Shown: positions 26,972 through 41,127, numbered from the stretch's first letter. The stretch is DNA of 64,000 nucleotides from Tricharina praecox (GCF_024521635.1 NW_026250415.1:434001-498000), one strand, 5' to 3'. Made by a program: numbers and translations. The notes: generated by a model from the letters alone, not told the origin.

Positions 26972-28195
26972 ATGTTCTCCGCAAGATCAATCCTTAACAC
27001 CGCTCAGAGGCGCGCCTTCTCTGTTTCTGCTCAGCAGGTACGTAATGGTTAGGTGGATGGATGTTGTCTCTCTCTACTTGCTGGCTTGGGGTCTGTGCTA
27101 ACAACTTCGACCCCCATAGAACTTCAAGGTTACCGTCCTTGGTGCCGCTGGCGGTATCGGACAGCCTCTGTCCCTTCTGATGAAGACGAACAAGCTTGTC
27201 ACTGACCTTGCTCTCTACGATATCCGTGGTGCTCCCGGTATGCAATTCCTCTTGCCGTTATTTGTTGTGCTCGAACAGCGGCGCTGACATGGAATCAAGG
27301 TGTTGCTGCCGATATCTCCCACATCAACACCAAGAGCAGTGTCAATGGATACGCTCCTTCCCCCGAGGGTCTGAAGTCGGCCTTGTCGGGTGCTGAAGTC
27401 GTCCTCATCCCCGCCGGTGTCCCCCGCAAGCCCGGCATGAGCCGTGACGATCTGTTCAACACCAACGCCTCGATCGTCCGTGACTTGGCCAAGGCGGCCG
27501 CCGACTTCGCCCCCAAGGCCAAGATCCTCATCATCTCCAACCCCGTGAACTCGACCGTCCCGATCACCGCCGAGGTCTTCAAGTCCAAGGGTGTCTACGA
27601 CCCCAAGAGGCTCTTCGGTGTCACCACCCTCGACATCGTCCGTGCTTCGCGCTTCATCTCTGAGATCAAGTCGACCGACCCCGCCAACGAGGCCGTCACC
27701 GTTATCGGTGGTCACTCCGGCGTCACCATCGTCCCCCTCCTGTCCCAGTCCAACCACTCCGAGATCTCGGGCGAGGCCCGTGACAAGCTTGTCAACCGCA
27801 TCCAGTTCGGTGGTGATGAGGTCGTCCAGGCCAAGGAAGGTGCTGGATCTGCCGTATGATATCCCCATCTCCATACTGCGGATGATGAGATACTGACGAT
27901 ACCACTCTAGACCCTCTCCATGGCTTACGCCGGTGCTCGCATGGCCGACTCCATTCTCCGCGCCGCCAACGGTGAGAAGAACGTCGTGGAGTGCACTTTC
28001 GTTGAGTCTCCCCTTTACAAGGACCAGGGCATCGACTTCTTCTCGTCGAAGGTCACTCTCGGCCCCGAGGGTGTCGCCAAGATCCACGAGGTCGGAAAGG
28101 TCAACGAGTACGAGCAGGGTCTCCTCGATGCCTGCATCGCCGACTTGGCGAAGAACATCACCAAGGGCCAGAAGTTCGTCAAGGAGAACCCTTAA
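26972..28195 (+). CDS. MDH1: Mitochondrial NAD-dependent malate dehydrogenase (4 exons)
   Basis: Presequence [22 protein letters not shown], then [70 protein letters not shown]; strong codon bias. Confidence 0.96.
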
Positions 28196-28770
28196 ATCAA
28201 TTGAATAGGGCTGGAGCATGCGTGTATTTTTAATTGGTCATCGGAGTTTAGAAACAAAATGTCTGCTTGGTCATGATCAAATGTCAATGATGGTTCCAGT
28301 GTTACTACTACCTAAGCGTTTCGTCTCTGTTCTGTAATGTGGGTCATTGAGGGGTGAGTTGTAGGGTTATGTGCTTATCAGAAGTCTCTTCTCCCATCGT
28401 CGTTGAAATCTTGGCGCGTGATGATCTACGCAATTGCACTCGTGACTCCAGGGATTTGTTATGTAGGGCAATGCCATCACCCTAGAGCGCCGCAGCAGAC
28501 GCGATCTTCCCGTCCATCCACCGCGCCGCATAAGCAGCTCCCACGTCGCTCATCTAATTCGTTGATCGGCTTGCCTAGACATTACCGTCTGTGCTCAGCT
28601 CCAGCTTCAAACCCTAGATCACTACCGACCTGTCAGAGTGGTACTGCGCCCTGGCTAAAAGAAACAGTATTTAATCGTGGCTTTGCGGGCGAAACTCTTC
28701 ATGTAACCTCGCGGGCATCCTGACCACCCCCCAACCCTCGCCCTCAATCCGATGCTGCTGCAGCGAAAGC

Positions 28771-31602
28771 ATGAACGACGAAGAATTCTTTTCCGATGAT
28801 GCGACCCTCGACGCCCTTGACGAAGACCAACTACGCGCTCTGGAGGAGGAGGCGGTGAGGAGCACTCAGCAGTCAGAACAGCATTTCGCGCACAACGACG
28901 ATCACTATGTTCACCCTCCGCAGTACCACTACCAGAATCCGTCACAACATCTGGGCGTCCGTACCACCGCGTTTAAACCCCCAAGGCAACAGAATGTGCA
29001 ACAAAGACAACAACAACAGCAAAACAATTACCAGAGACCTCCGTCGAGCTATGTTCCATACTCGCAGCTGCAGCGCGGCGCTGCCACCACCACCACCGCC
29101 TCGAATCATCTCAAGCCCCACCAGCGACCATTCGTCCCTCCCCAACGCGGTGGCTACAGCTACATCGAAGAGCCGACGCTACCCGCCTACGTTTCCAACA
29201 CCGCGACGGCGAAGCACCAGGTTCCAGTCACTGTCGACGAGGTTTCGTCCGACTACGGGGACATTGAAGGGCTCGGGGAGTCGGCCGAGCTGTGGGAGGA
29301 GACGGCGCCTACCGCACTGAATGCGCACCATGAAGTCCAGGAGTATCCGGTCATTGGCGGAGGCGCGGATGTGTACCAGCCCGCAGAGGGTGTGCAGGAT
29401 TGGATCGAGCAGCAGGAGGAGCTGGGACAGATTGTGGAAGATGTGGTTATGGCTAATAGCCAGCACGATACTACTGGGGCGACCACCAATGATGTCTACG
29501 CACAGCAGCAGCAGCAGCAACTGCAGGTGGATGTGGACGTTTACAAGGTGCAGATAGCGCAGGTATGTTGTTTCTGTCCGAGTCCACGTGTGGTCTTCGG
29601 TGTTGGCTAATGACGTATGCAGCTCGAGAGACAAGCGGAGCAGATGAGACAACAGCTTCAGCAAGTCCAGCAGGCAAAAGTCGGCGAAGTTGCAATCGTA
29701 CGAAACAAGCTCGAACAGACCAGCCGTGAACACGAGCGGAAACTGGCATCTGTACAGAAAGTGCACGCCGAAGACGAGCAGAAAAAGCTGTCGGAAATCG
29801 AAGCGTTAAAGGCAGAAAGAGACCGGCTACTCACGGAAGGGTTATTCCGACAGAAAGAACTGGATGAACTCGTCAGGAAGGAAAAGGTGGCCCGGAAGAA
29901 ACAGGAACTGGCGGCCTTTACACAGATACCCAAGAGTCAAGAGGTGACCATGGTCGACATTGACGCATCCCGGAATCGTACCTCGACACCAAAGAAGAAT
30001 AAGAGCTATGCACATAGGGATGGGTTCGAAGATGATGATATGTTTACAGCCCCAAGTCCGTCCAGACGAGCCATGAAGATGGGGACTCCAATAAAGTCAG
30101 GTCTCAAACGGAAACGCTCCGTCAATGGCAGCCCTCTGCCTCAACTACCGCTCAGTCAATCTCGTAGCAGCATGATGATGCAGGTTGACAGGATTCCCAT
30201 GGTGGACGATAAGGTGTTAGAGAGACTTTTCTCCCACGATGATCGGTTGGAGGTCAGTTACATCATTGTCAGTGTTGTGCGGGTTCTAACATGTTCCTCA
30301 GTTCTTCGAGGCGATAATACTACATAGATGTTCCATCACGCAGGAGCGGATCTTTGACGCATTGATGAGATACTCGTTCCCGTCGACGCCAAAGATGACA
30401 ATCTCCTCATACTTTCTGGACAAACTCACCACATTGCGTGCATCGGCAGAAAAGCAGGCGTTTTCGGTTGGCGTTTCTCGGGTTTTGCTTGGCATTTGGG
30501 CTCGGTGTCTGGAAGAAAAGTTTGTGGGTTCGAACCGCTCCATGTCGTGCGGTATATGGTTTCTAACGAATGGTAACAATAGTTTGGCCCGTTGTCCATG
30601 GTGGTGGAATTGTTTCGGTTTGGGATTCTTTGGACTCAGGGTAGTCATTGCTTCGAGGTGATGGACGAGGCACTGGCCATCTTGCAAGAAACGGTGGACA
30701 TCAATGCGGCCCCGATGGCGATGACACGCGAGTACGTACTGAAGGACGGAGTGCCGACCATCGCTTGTCTCAAGATCATGGAAGACATTGCGCTGACGAC
30801 TCTCGGAGATGAGGCGCACGTGAGAAGGTATGCCCCTTTTGGTTCTGCCTGGTAGAAGGTTCCGTTTGCTGAGTACAGGCCCCTCCAGATTCTGGAAGCA
30901 GATCCGCGTCGATTTCCCCATCATGTGTCTGCACCCCACACAGCCGTTGGACGTTATCCGCCGCATGGCCAGCGTCCTCTGCACATCGGTCGTGAGCGAT
31001 TCCTTCGGCCCGATCACGAGCGCGCAGCGCAAGAACGAAGCTTTCCTGCTCGAAGCCGCCACGAAACCACTCGAGATGGTGCCGAGGCAGCCGTCGAAAG
31101 ATAAGAAATACACCCCGGTACAGGTTTTGGAACTGCGGCAGACGCTGGTGCAGTTCCTGGGCAGTGTCTGTAGCATCGAACTAGGAATGCTGGCATTGGC
31201 GAAGCACGAGCGTGCTGTGCTGCGCCTGGCGCTCAGGATCGGGGAGGAGGTGGATCAGTGCTACGAATGGAGGCTGGGGGAGGGGATCAGGTGTGTCTGC
31301 TTTGTTCATTTCTTCTCTGATAGATAGAGCCCACTGATACTAACAATTTTCACAGAATCGATTTCATCAACTTTGCTGTCCGCCTCCTCCACGGCATAAT
31401 CACTAGCCATCCCGAAGAAGCCAACGGGAAACTGGCCACGAACCATAAACATCTCGTGTCGATGGTGCGATTGGCCTTTAGCGAAGGGATTGCCCAGGAA
31501 GCGGGGTTGGAAAGCGATGCTGTCGATTGTGCGTTCGCCCTGTTGGAGAATATGGTTACGCCCGATGAGGCACTGGCGCTGGAGAGGATGTTTAATACGT
31601 GA
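28771..31602 (+). CDS. rad26: ATR-interacting checkpoint protein Rad26/UvsD/ATRIP-like (multi-exon)
   Basis: Acidic N-terminus MNDEEFFSDD..LDALDEDQLRALEEEAVRSTQ, coiled coil KVGEVAIVRNKLEQ, TPKKNK..HRDGFEDDD motif, helical C-terminal region; exons joined by GT..AG introns, stop at 31600-31602. Confidence 0.8.
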
Positions 31603-33180
31603 TGTCGTTTCTTCTTGCTGTTTCGTTCGTAGGGGAGCTGGTCAGGCAAGCGCTAGGATAGCATAAATGTCTGATGTAGAGTACTGTAGACCATATTTAG
31701 CCACAGAGTGGCTGTCGCCGCGAAGTAGCACGATGCGACGATTAATCCTGCACGATCTCTTCACAAGCCATGACTCGCTGCACGACGTTAGTAGCTTAGT
31801 TATCACTCGATATGACCCAACAAGGTGTAGCGTTGAAGATTACCTGGCCGAGCATATATCCAGCCTCATCGCAACGTCGGGTCTTGTCTTGTCCTTTTCC
31901 TCCCACCCCGCTGCATGCCTGTCCGGCACATCACACAATCGCGATGTTGGGATTCCGTCCTCCACGATTGAGCACTGGGACGTTGGGATATTGCGGAGTC
32001 CGGCCGTCGTCCTCGTCTGCTGCGCGAACGGAAGATACTAGCATCTGGTGGGGTTTCGGTTGGCTACGGTGCGGGAAGAGGGGGGGGGGGCGATCGGAGG
32101 TGAAGAAAGCAGGCAGGCGGGGCGGGGGCGGTCCCAAATGTCGGTCAGCCAACCGACCGACGGGCCAGATCTTTCGTGATGGCTCGGCGAGGTTCCCGTA
32201 ATGACCACGACCACGCTGGCACCACGTTGCTCTTCCCTTCTCTTCCCACATCGGCCCCGGATCTTCGTCTCCGTCTCCGACTCTCGGGGGAGGGGGGATC
32301 AAGCGATGGCGACGGCGACGGCGGAACCAACGGTTTATATATGTAGTGTACGTACTACGTATTGACCCTGCATGGGTTTAGTAGTAGTATCATAGGACCA
32401 CGTTCGCCATCGCCATCGGCGGGATGGGATGGGATGGGATAGTTCCTATGGGGCGGGATCCAGACCGTGCGCCAGCCCGGTCGGCGGGGTAACGCGGGGG
32501 GCTGGGAAACGCAAACTTTTTTCTCTCTCTGAAGAGAGAGAAAGCCCTCTCCGTCTCGGTGTTAGTGCTCGCTCGTGGCCGGGGATCGGTGGCTACCGCA
32601 TCGGACATTTGAGGAGAGACGGTTTGCGTTTCTTGGTCGTGGCGCTGCGCTGAGGCTGAGGCTGGGGTTGAAGTTGTAGGATTCCATAGCCTATGGCCGC
32701 CTTGTGTCTGCCGTGCACGACGACGTATGTGGAGTATTTAGAGTACGATGTGTGTCCCTACCTCTGGCCCGGCTCCACTGCGACGTGCCCACGGTGACGT
32801 GCCCACTGCCCAGTCGGCAAGCATCATCAAGTCATCTGTCCATGTTATCTGTCCAATCCGACCGACCGACCTAGCGGGTAGTTATAGAATTGGTAGTTAT
32901 AGTAGAGTACTTTCCGACCAATGCTTCAATGCTTTAAATGACGGCATTCCGCTGCTCGGTGCTCGCTGGCAACTGGAGCGCTCCAACCCATATCATAGGT
33001 ACTCTAGAGTACCTACATGAGGACAGCGGAAAGATGAATCCTCTGACCTCGTTCGGTGTCCACGTGGATTGCGCCGGCCGCCAGTCATATGTACATGAGT
33101 ACGGTAGATAGGATGAGGTATGTACTCTACTCAAGTTAGAGTACTCTACTCGAGTAGTGTGTGCGGCGTACGGCGGGTCA

Positions 33181-33218
33181 GAATCCAGAATCCAGAATCC
33201 AGAATCCAGAATCCAGAT
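33181..33218. repeat. (GAATCCA)n heptamer repeat
   Basis: About 5 tandem copies. Confidence 0.8.
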
Positions 33219-34233
33219 TCAAGATATGCGATATGAGTGGGCATCAAGCGATAATTATAACAGAATCATAATAATGTGTCTCATCCCACCTCTCCGGATT
33301 CGTGGATGTGTGGATGAGTGGATGCTGCAGATCCCGTCAGCTGGCTTTTGTGTTTGCAGGTTCCAGTTTGCAGTTTGCAGGTTTTTTCTTTTGTTTCTTT
33401 CTTTTCTTTGGGATTGCTAGGGATTGCTATGAGGGAATGGGATTGGGATTGGGAATGGGACGGGGGTGGAAAGCTCGGCAATCATCAATGGCATGTGGGT
33501 ATCATAGTAGTATTTCCGGCGCTGACTGATCTCTTTATAGTAGAGTGACAGAGTCTACATATCCGGGAAGTTCACGAGTTCACATGTAGACCATCATACC
33601 ATCATACCAGTAGAGTACTTAAAGCAAGCAAGCAACTATTCCCGGAATACATAGACCTGTTATTTCTGGACGATATATACTCTACATACCTCTTAACATA
33701 CGTAGATTAGGTACGTAGAGCAGGTATATAGGTTACAGGTAGGTAGCAGGTACTCAAGACTCTAGACTCTGGAGTAGAGTACAGCCGGTCCTCTACTCTA
33801 GCAAGTATTATACGCGAGATTGAGGGGCGGACTGGTGGCGGATGGTAAGGGATTCGCGCCCGGCCGACGCGGCGCGGCGGCATTTACGGGTTGCACGGGT
33901 TAATCATCATAACTTACATATCATTGGGGAGTGGAGAGTGGATAGCCGGGAATACCTAGAGTAGAATACGTGAGCGTCGCCGTCTCGTCGCCGTCTCGTC
34001 TTGTTGTCTCGTCGTCTCGAACAAAGACCGGCCGGAGACGCAATGTACATACCGGTACCGGTAGTAAGTAGAGTATATATGATAGTACCCACGGCCCAGT
34101 CGCCTTTAGGCTTTTACACGACATTCGGCGTTCGCGGCGGCGGCGGCGGGGGCCAGAACACACCTCAACACACACCTGCTGAGTTCTCGGGGAAGAGGTG
34201 CTGTGGCTTTTACTTGCTTTCATCATGATTACT

Positions 34234-34320
34234 TGCCTGCCTGCCTGCCTGCCCGCCTGCCTGCCTGCCTGCCCGCCCGCCTGCCTGCCTGCCCGCCTGC
34301 CTGCCTGCCTGCTTGCTTGC
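34234..34320. repeat. (TGCC/CGCC)n tetranucleotide microsatellite
   Basis: Directly visible. Confidence 0.85.
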
Positions 34321-37091
34321 TTGATTTCTGCACTGCACATTCCAGTGTCTAGTGTCCAGTGTCCATCCACAGCGCTGAGTGCACACCTATACTAACCCGG
34401 CTGCGGTGTGAGGCCCATGAGACCCACTAACTGCTGTATGCTACTGACATGCATTGGCGCTGGGCTTTGCTGGGCTGGGCTCAGTGGGCTCAGTGGGCTG
34501 GGGTGCGATGAGATGGGGGGTAAATACGGTACTAGTACTAGTAGGAGTGGTGGACACTGGAGCGAAAGAGGAGTGAGATGTAGCCACGAGTATCAATATA
34601 GGTACCGTACATACGCTGAGATGGCCTGCTGGACTGGTGACTGGGGAGTCGGGACTGTGGATATGGCGCAGCTAGAGCAGGTAGATACAGGTACAGCTTA
34701 CGGAAGGAAGGAAGGAAGGAAGTATCTATGGAAGGAAGTATCTACATAAGGAAGGGAAGGAACGGAAAGGAAAGGCCTTGAAGGCTGTGTGTATTTGCAT
34801 ATATATACCCAAGTACTTGAGTGGTACAAGATTACACAACATGCTCCGGAACGAAACGTATGTATTTAAGGACTTATCTCCCCCGCCCTTTCTTAGCCCG
34901 CCAGCGCGCGCGTGCCTCGGCGATGAAGAGCCGCATTCGAGACAAACAGAAGACGGACGGGAGAAGAGACCTATCGCATTTCCCCGCGTCGTTGGCGGCG
35001 GTGCTGGTGGACGCTCCGGAACGGCTGTGGGTTCAATTGGGATAACCGGGGGTGTTCCGTATTTTCGTTCCGATCTCGAAATAGGTGAATCCATAAATCG
35101 TAAATCACGACAATCGACTGGCTGTGGTGACTCGTGGGCTGCATACTAGTACCACTCTAGATCCATCGGGGCATCGGGCTCATCCCTGTCGGTGCCGGAT
35201 CACGTGAGGCGGTGTTCGGTGTCGCGCGTTGCACCCGATGAGCGCGTCGTACTTTAGAGGGAAAAAAAAAACCACCGAACCGAACTGGGGGAGGGGAGAA
35301 AAAAAGATTCGTTGTCGAATGCTGCGAACGCTGCGAGGGGGCGACGGTGACCACTGACGAATGTGCGATGCGATGGAGATGCAGCTTTCCTTTGTCTGCT
35401 CACTTACTTACTTCTTACTTACTACCCCCATTCCCCCTTCCGCGCTTCCCGGAACGAAGATTGCACTGTTCGTTCGCTCGTTCGCTGAGCGCAAAGGTGT
35501 AATTCGTGTCAGGCTGTCCTGTCCGGTCCTGTCGTGGCTGGCCTGGCACTGGAGATTGGGATCTGACCAGACCATGGCGGTGGCGGTTACCCGAGCCTCT
35601 TTTCCGGAGAGAGACAGAGAGCGAGCGGAGCGCGCCTGGATGTTTTATCCCGCTGCCGCCTCGTTTCCCTGTTTCCCCCTCTGTTTGTTCGTTCGACTGG
35701 CCGACTCCCGCTGTTCCGAGGGGACGGACGAAGCGACGAGTCTCGAGGTGTTGGATCGATGGATCGCTGGATTGAGGGGTTGTGCGATTGTTTGATTGCT
35801 CGATTGATCGATTGACTGATCGTTTATGCCATCTGCTCTATCTCTGCTCTACTCTGCTTTCTCTACGCCCGCGTTCACCGACGCAGCCACACTGCCGCCT
35901 ACATGTCCTCAGGGCGTGCAGAGAGCAGAAAGACCCACTGCCGGGACAGGCATCACTCCTGTTAACTAGCCGTTTGCCCTGCCGGCGAAGCAAGCAAGCA
36001 GAGTAAAAGTAGCAGAGTCGAGCAGAGCAGCAGAGCAAAGCAAGCAAGCCCCCTCCCCCCAACCTCCCTCCACGTTAGTTAGCTTCGTGGAACCGGCGCC
36101 CTTCGTGCTTTCGTGCTTTCGTGCTTTCGTGCTGTGTGCGTGCGTGCGTGCTGAGCGGTGTGTGGTGCTCGCCTTTCTTTTCTCGACCCTTCGCTCTGCT
36201 CCTCCGTCCACTCATCGCTCGTCCTTGCGTCAGAATTGCTACTGCTATACCCATTCTACAGTAGCGGTGTTGTTTCTTCCGCTTCAACGAATCCGTCCTC
36301 CGCTTCGTGTCGTCGTCGTCGTCGCTTTCTCTCCTCTCGTGTGTTTGACCACCACTCCCTCCCCCCGTATGCGTGAAATCGACAAGGCCTGCCTGAACAT
36401 CGGTGTTTTCTTGTCACCTTCCCGCAACTTGCACATTATCCATACTGCCACTACACTACTGACTCTACATCCTACCTCGCCCTCGGACATTCCTCAGACA
36501 CCACCGCCTTCCTGTCTGTCGTCTGTCTGTCTGTCTGTCTGACCGTCTGACCCTCTGCAAGCCTGTGCCTCCCCCCCCTCCCCTCGACCCCCCCGGAAGC
36601 GCGACAACACCCCCCCATCGATCTTCGCCCTCCTCTTCCCTTCTCCTCTGCTGCTGCTGCTGCTCCTCCCATTCCTCGATTTCCTCTTGCCGCACCGCAC
36701 CGTCAACTACTTTACACGTGTGCCACCAACGAAACCACTTTACACGCTTTCTCTCTCCCTCCCTCCCTCTCCCTCTCTCTCATCTGTCGCTTCCGTTTCG
36801 TGCCTAACCCACTCCACCCCCTCCCCTCCCCAACCTCCCAGCCCTCGTTCACACCCGTCGATAGCGAAGGGGGAACAAAGTACTTTACCCGAAACCAACC
36901 ACACTACCACTACCACTACCATTACCACCAAAACCACCACCAACTCCTCGACCACCACTACAACCCCCCCAACCTCAACGCGAACTTAACACTCATCCTC
37001 TTCCTCCCTGCGAACAACAACAACATCTCCAAACATTTCGGCAAAATTAATTTTTCGTCTTTTTCAAAAAAAAGACAGTGATCCTTCCGAG

Positions 37092-38834
37092 ATGTTGGAC
37101 TCATCGTCGCCAAATATCCACCACAACAATGTGGCGGGTATAAAACGGTTGCTTCCAGCATTCGAGCCCACAGAGTCTCCGCCACGTTTCAAACGACAGA
37201 AACCTCGTGCCGAAGCCATCACTGATGAGAATCGATACCCGACGCCCGTGCCGTCATCCTCAGTCGGGGTCATCCCTTCATCCCCTCCGCTGGCTCCGAC
37301 ACAGATTGCACCAGTAGAACATCAACAACAACAACAGCTGCAGCAGCAGGAACAACCACAGCAACAACCACAACTGGCTCCTCGGAGACCAAACCTCAGA
37401 CGCACGCAGTCGACAGTATCGGAACGTGCGCCATTGTCTGCAGTGCCGTCCATCACCCTCCCCGAGAACGGTCAGCCAATATTACTCGGCCGATCGAGTA
37501 ATTCCTCGCACTATAGGCTCTCGGCTAACAGGCTCATCTCGCGGGTCCACATCAAGGCCGTTTACCACGCTGTTACGACAACATCGAAACCAAAGATTGT
37601 GATCGAGTGTCTGGGATGGAACGGAACAAAAGTTCATTGTCAGGGCCGCGCCTGGGAGCTTCTGAAGGACGATATCTTCGTCTCCGAGACGGAGCATGAG
37701 GAGATCATGCTTGACGTCCATGACTCCAGGGTAGTGCTGGCTTGGCCCATCGTTACCCGTGCCTCGTCGTCGTTCTCCTCGACTAGTACTACCACCGCCA
37801 CCGGTGGCCCGCCGACTGCTGGCGCACCCGCCAATAGGGTTATCAGGAGTCCGTCTCCGGAATGGGAGGGCAACGACGAGAATGCTATCCCTTGGGAGGG
37901 TGCTCAGCGTATCAGTGCCAGGGCAAAGTTGACTCCCGTCTCGCCCACGCCGAGACGTAATGTTGGCAATTCGTTGAATGCGATTGCTTCCGCATCCATG
38001 GCGGAAACTTTCTTGGATATCTACGAGGACGAACCGGAAGAAGAAGGAGAAGAAGAAGAAGGGGAGCAGGATGAACAGGAACAGGAACAGGAACAAGAAG
38101 TCGAGGCTGAAGATGAAGATGAAGATGAAGCTCAGATTGAATTGCCGCCGCTGGTCGAAAAGTCGACCTCCAGATTTTCACGTTCCTACTTCAAGGATGT
38201 TCCCGAGGCATCGACCGACGTGGTCCATACGGATGAGATTGCCCAGAGCTTCGATTGCGAGCCAATGCTTCCTCCCATGTCTCTCTTCTCCACCAGAGAT
38301 CCCCTCCGACACAGGCCCAGGACGCCACCATTGCTCACTCGCCGTGCCAGGGACACATCTGTGACGCTGCCCCCGTCCAGTGTTGAGCGTCGTCGAAGTG
38401 CATCGACCTCGCCCTCCAAGTACGTGACATTGCAGAACCACCTCACCAACCAGCTTGCCTTTTCTCGCGTCAACACCATGCCGCTGTCGGAGCTCTACGC
38501 GAACCTCCCCACCGCTCTGGCTGCTACCGTTACCATGGAACGGGTGAAGGAGATGCTCTTGGGAGCCGAGTGCATCGGTGAGATCAAGAGGAGCGGAAAG
38601 GACGCGGCCGGAAAGCCGCTCGAGAACCAGTACTACTACATCCTGGAACAGGATAAGGACGATGGCAGGAAGTCTGCGGTCGGTGGAAAGGCCCGCATGA
38701 GGAATTGCAGGAAAGAACACAAGGTTTGCTTGTCCCCCCTTTTTCACACGATGGATAGAAACGAGGACATCGGCTGATTACATGGCGCTCGGCAGCAATA
38801 CTACTGGAAAAAACCAAAGAAGATCTCGTACTAG
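37092..38834 (+). CDS. tos4: FHA-domain protein, Tos4/Plm2 family
   Basis: YPTPVPSSSVG..SSPP motif, FHA core LGRSSNSSHYRLSANRLISRVH...CLGWNG, C-terminus CIGEIKRSGKDAAGKPLENQYYY...RNCRKEHK, intron, QYYWKKPKKISY*. Confidence 0.88.
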
Positions 38835-39959
38835 GACCACTGGATCCCTAATGGTTTCTCTAACGGTCTCATGGTGCGCTGATGGTTTTGATGGATGGAT
38901 GGATGATGATGGGTAAAAAAAATATAGGAGGATGCTCCTTTTTTACTTTCGCATTGCCTTACCCATATGCTTTTGTTTTTTTGCTTTGCTATGCTTGGTG
39001 CTTCGATTTTTAGCGCTTCTTTCGATTTCTGGGCTACCAACCTCCTGTTCACTGGAGGTGGGGTTGGATTTGCAAAGTTTGCCTGGCTCTTTTTTTCTTC
39101 TTTTCTTTTCTTTTCTTTCTTCTTTTCTCAACGAATTGTTTTTTACTCTACCTACGTCTTTTGTTGTCTGCTTCCGTTCTAGTACGGCCGCGTCTTCTGG
39201 CTTGTGTTTCCCTTCTTCTTTGACAGAATTAACGATATGCAAAGTGGCCCCCGTCGTCGTCGTTTTCACTTTCTAGTTTTGTTTTCGTTTTCTTGTGCGG
39301 TGTGCGGGGTTTCCTTGCGATGATGATGATGCGTGTGTTGCGTGCAAGTTTGTTTTCTTTCTTTTTTTCTTCTTCTTTTCTTCTTGACTTTTCTGGTTTT
39401 TTTTTGGTCGGTCTAGGGCTGTTCGCTGTTCGCTGGGTCTAGGGGTTTGGGTGGTGGGTTTGGGTTCGGGAGTTAGGGGGCTTTGGAGGAGATAGGGAGG
39501 GAGGGAGATGGGAAAGAGAGGGAGGAATTGGATGGGAATTGGATGGGATGGAGGAGTAGAGGAGGAGGGGATGGAGGGAGGATAGCTACATATCCTGACG
39601 TCGACGGAATGGGTGACGTCAGTGGGATGTTTGGATATGTTTGGGCCGGGTGGGTGGGTGGATAGGTGGACGATGGATGGATCATGGGGGATGGGGGGAT
39701 ATAAATTTACCTCGTAAGAAGTGGGTCCGTTGGTTTACGGGTTCGGGGTAGAGGATGGTATTCCGACGTTGGGGGGTCGAAGGGGGGATTTTCTGTTGCT
39801 GTGATGGACATGGGCGGCGATGGGTGGGCGATGGGCGGCGGGTTGCATTTTCCTTACAAACGGCTGTCTGTACATTTCATGGTTTTGGGGGAAATAGGGA
39901 AAGAAAGAGGGAAAGAAAGAAAGAGGGAAATATACGAATGAGCATTGGGCACGGAATCG

Positions 39960-39994
<35 letters not shown>

Positions 39995-40063
39995 GGATGT
40001 GATGGTGTTGCGTTTGGATGGGTCGGCTAGGTTAACTGGAAATGACGTGCAGATTAAAATTTG

Positions 40064-40120
40064 ACGCGAGAAACACGCGACAAATACGCGAGAAATACGC
40101 GTGGTCGCGTGAGTGCGCGT
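40064..40120. promoter_or_regulatory. Cluster of six CGCG (MCB-like) elements, four at exact 11-bp spacing
   Basis: ACGCGA at 40064, 40075, 40086; ACGCGT at 40097; TCGCGT at 40105; GCGCGT at 40115. Regulatory role is inferred. Confidence 0.4.
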
Positions 40121-40581
40121 TTTTTTCTTTGCTTTTTGCTTTTTTCGTTTAGCTGTTGTTGTGTTCCGATCTGTGGACGTGGACGTGGGCGCGTAGAGTC
40201 CTGGAGGGGATGGAGTGTTTGTGTTGTTGTACCACCACTTGCTTTGGTACTCCACTTATCTGTTTGTGTGTCTCTCTCTGTGTGTGTGGATGGTGGGGTG
40301 CAAGCTGCAGCTGGAATTGGCTGGTTGCTGGGCAGTGGGGAGATTACCGGTATCGCCGCCGCCGCCACCGCCGTAGCAGCAGCAGCAGCAGCAGCAGCAG
40401 CTTGGTTGGCTGGTTGATGCAGCTTGGTTTATTGGTTGATGCAAAACCTCTGCGTGGGCTTCATTCGTGGGTTTCATTCGTTCATTCGTTCGTTCGTGGG
40501 ATGGGATGTGCCCCCTACCTCCCCTACAGCCCCGGGGAAAGGATGATGGTGATTCGTGAGTGGTCGAGTCCCGTTGGATTT

Positions 40582-40623
40582 AGCCTTCAGCCTTCAGCCT
40601 TCAGCCTTCAGCCTTCAGCCTTC
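40582..40623. repeat. (GCCTTCA)n heptamer repeat
   Basis: About 6 tandem copies. Confidence 0.8.
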
Positions 40624-41127
40624 AAGTCTCAGGGACATGAGATTGCGTGAGAATGCGTGATGCGCAAGTTCCAAGCGCGCGCTCTGTCAACGGATGGGGG
40701 AAGCCGGCTTTAGGTACTATAGTCTATCGTATGGTTCGACGTCTATGCTTATACATAGATCACACACCATCGGAATAGATACATCGTCGGAATACCAGTA
40801 CTATAGAGTACATTATCCATTTCATACATACCGTTCATCTCCTCCCATTCACTCCCTCCGCTCCTCTCCCCTCCCCTCCCCTTCAGTTCACCTCCTCCCC
40901 TCCGACATCTACCCAAGGCGAAAACACGCTCCAACGATCGTTACAGGCCCTATATAAACACAACCCAGAAAAAGAAAAAAGAAAACTCCAATATACATTA
41001 GGCACAGTACCGTGTTGTGTAGTACTAGTGGTGAGTGGGTGGGAGAACTGCGTGCAGCCTCACCCGTCTACATTATCATCCCCTATCATCCCCTATCATC
41101 CCCCTATCATCAAAACCCAGACCGCGT

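Noticed and set aside
27215-28219. 334-aa minus-strand ORF
   Set aside because: Antisense shadow of the codon-biased mdh1 gene.
30298-31176. 292-aa minus-strand ORF, and similar ORFs opposite tos4, lcb1 and the peptidase
   Set aside because: Antisense or alternative-frame overlaps of well-supported genes.
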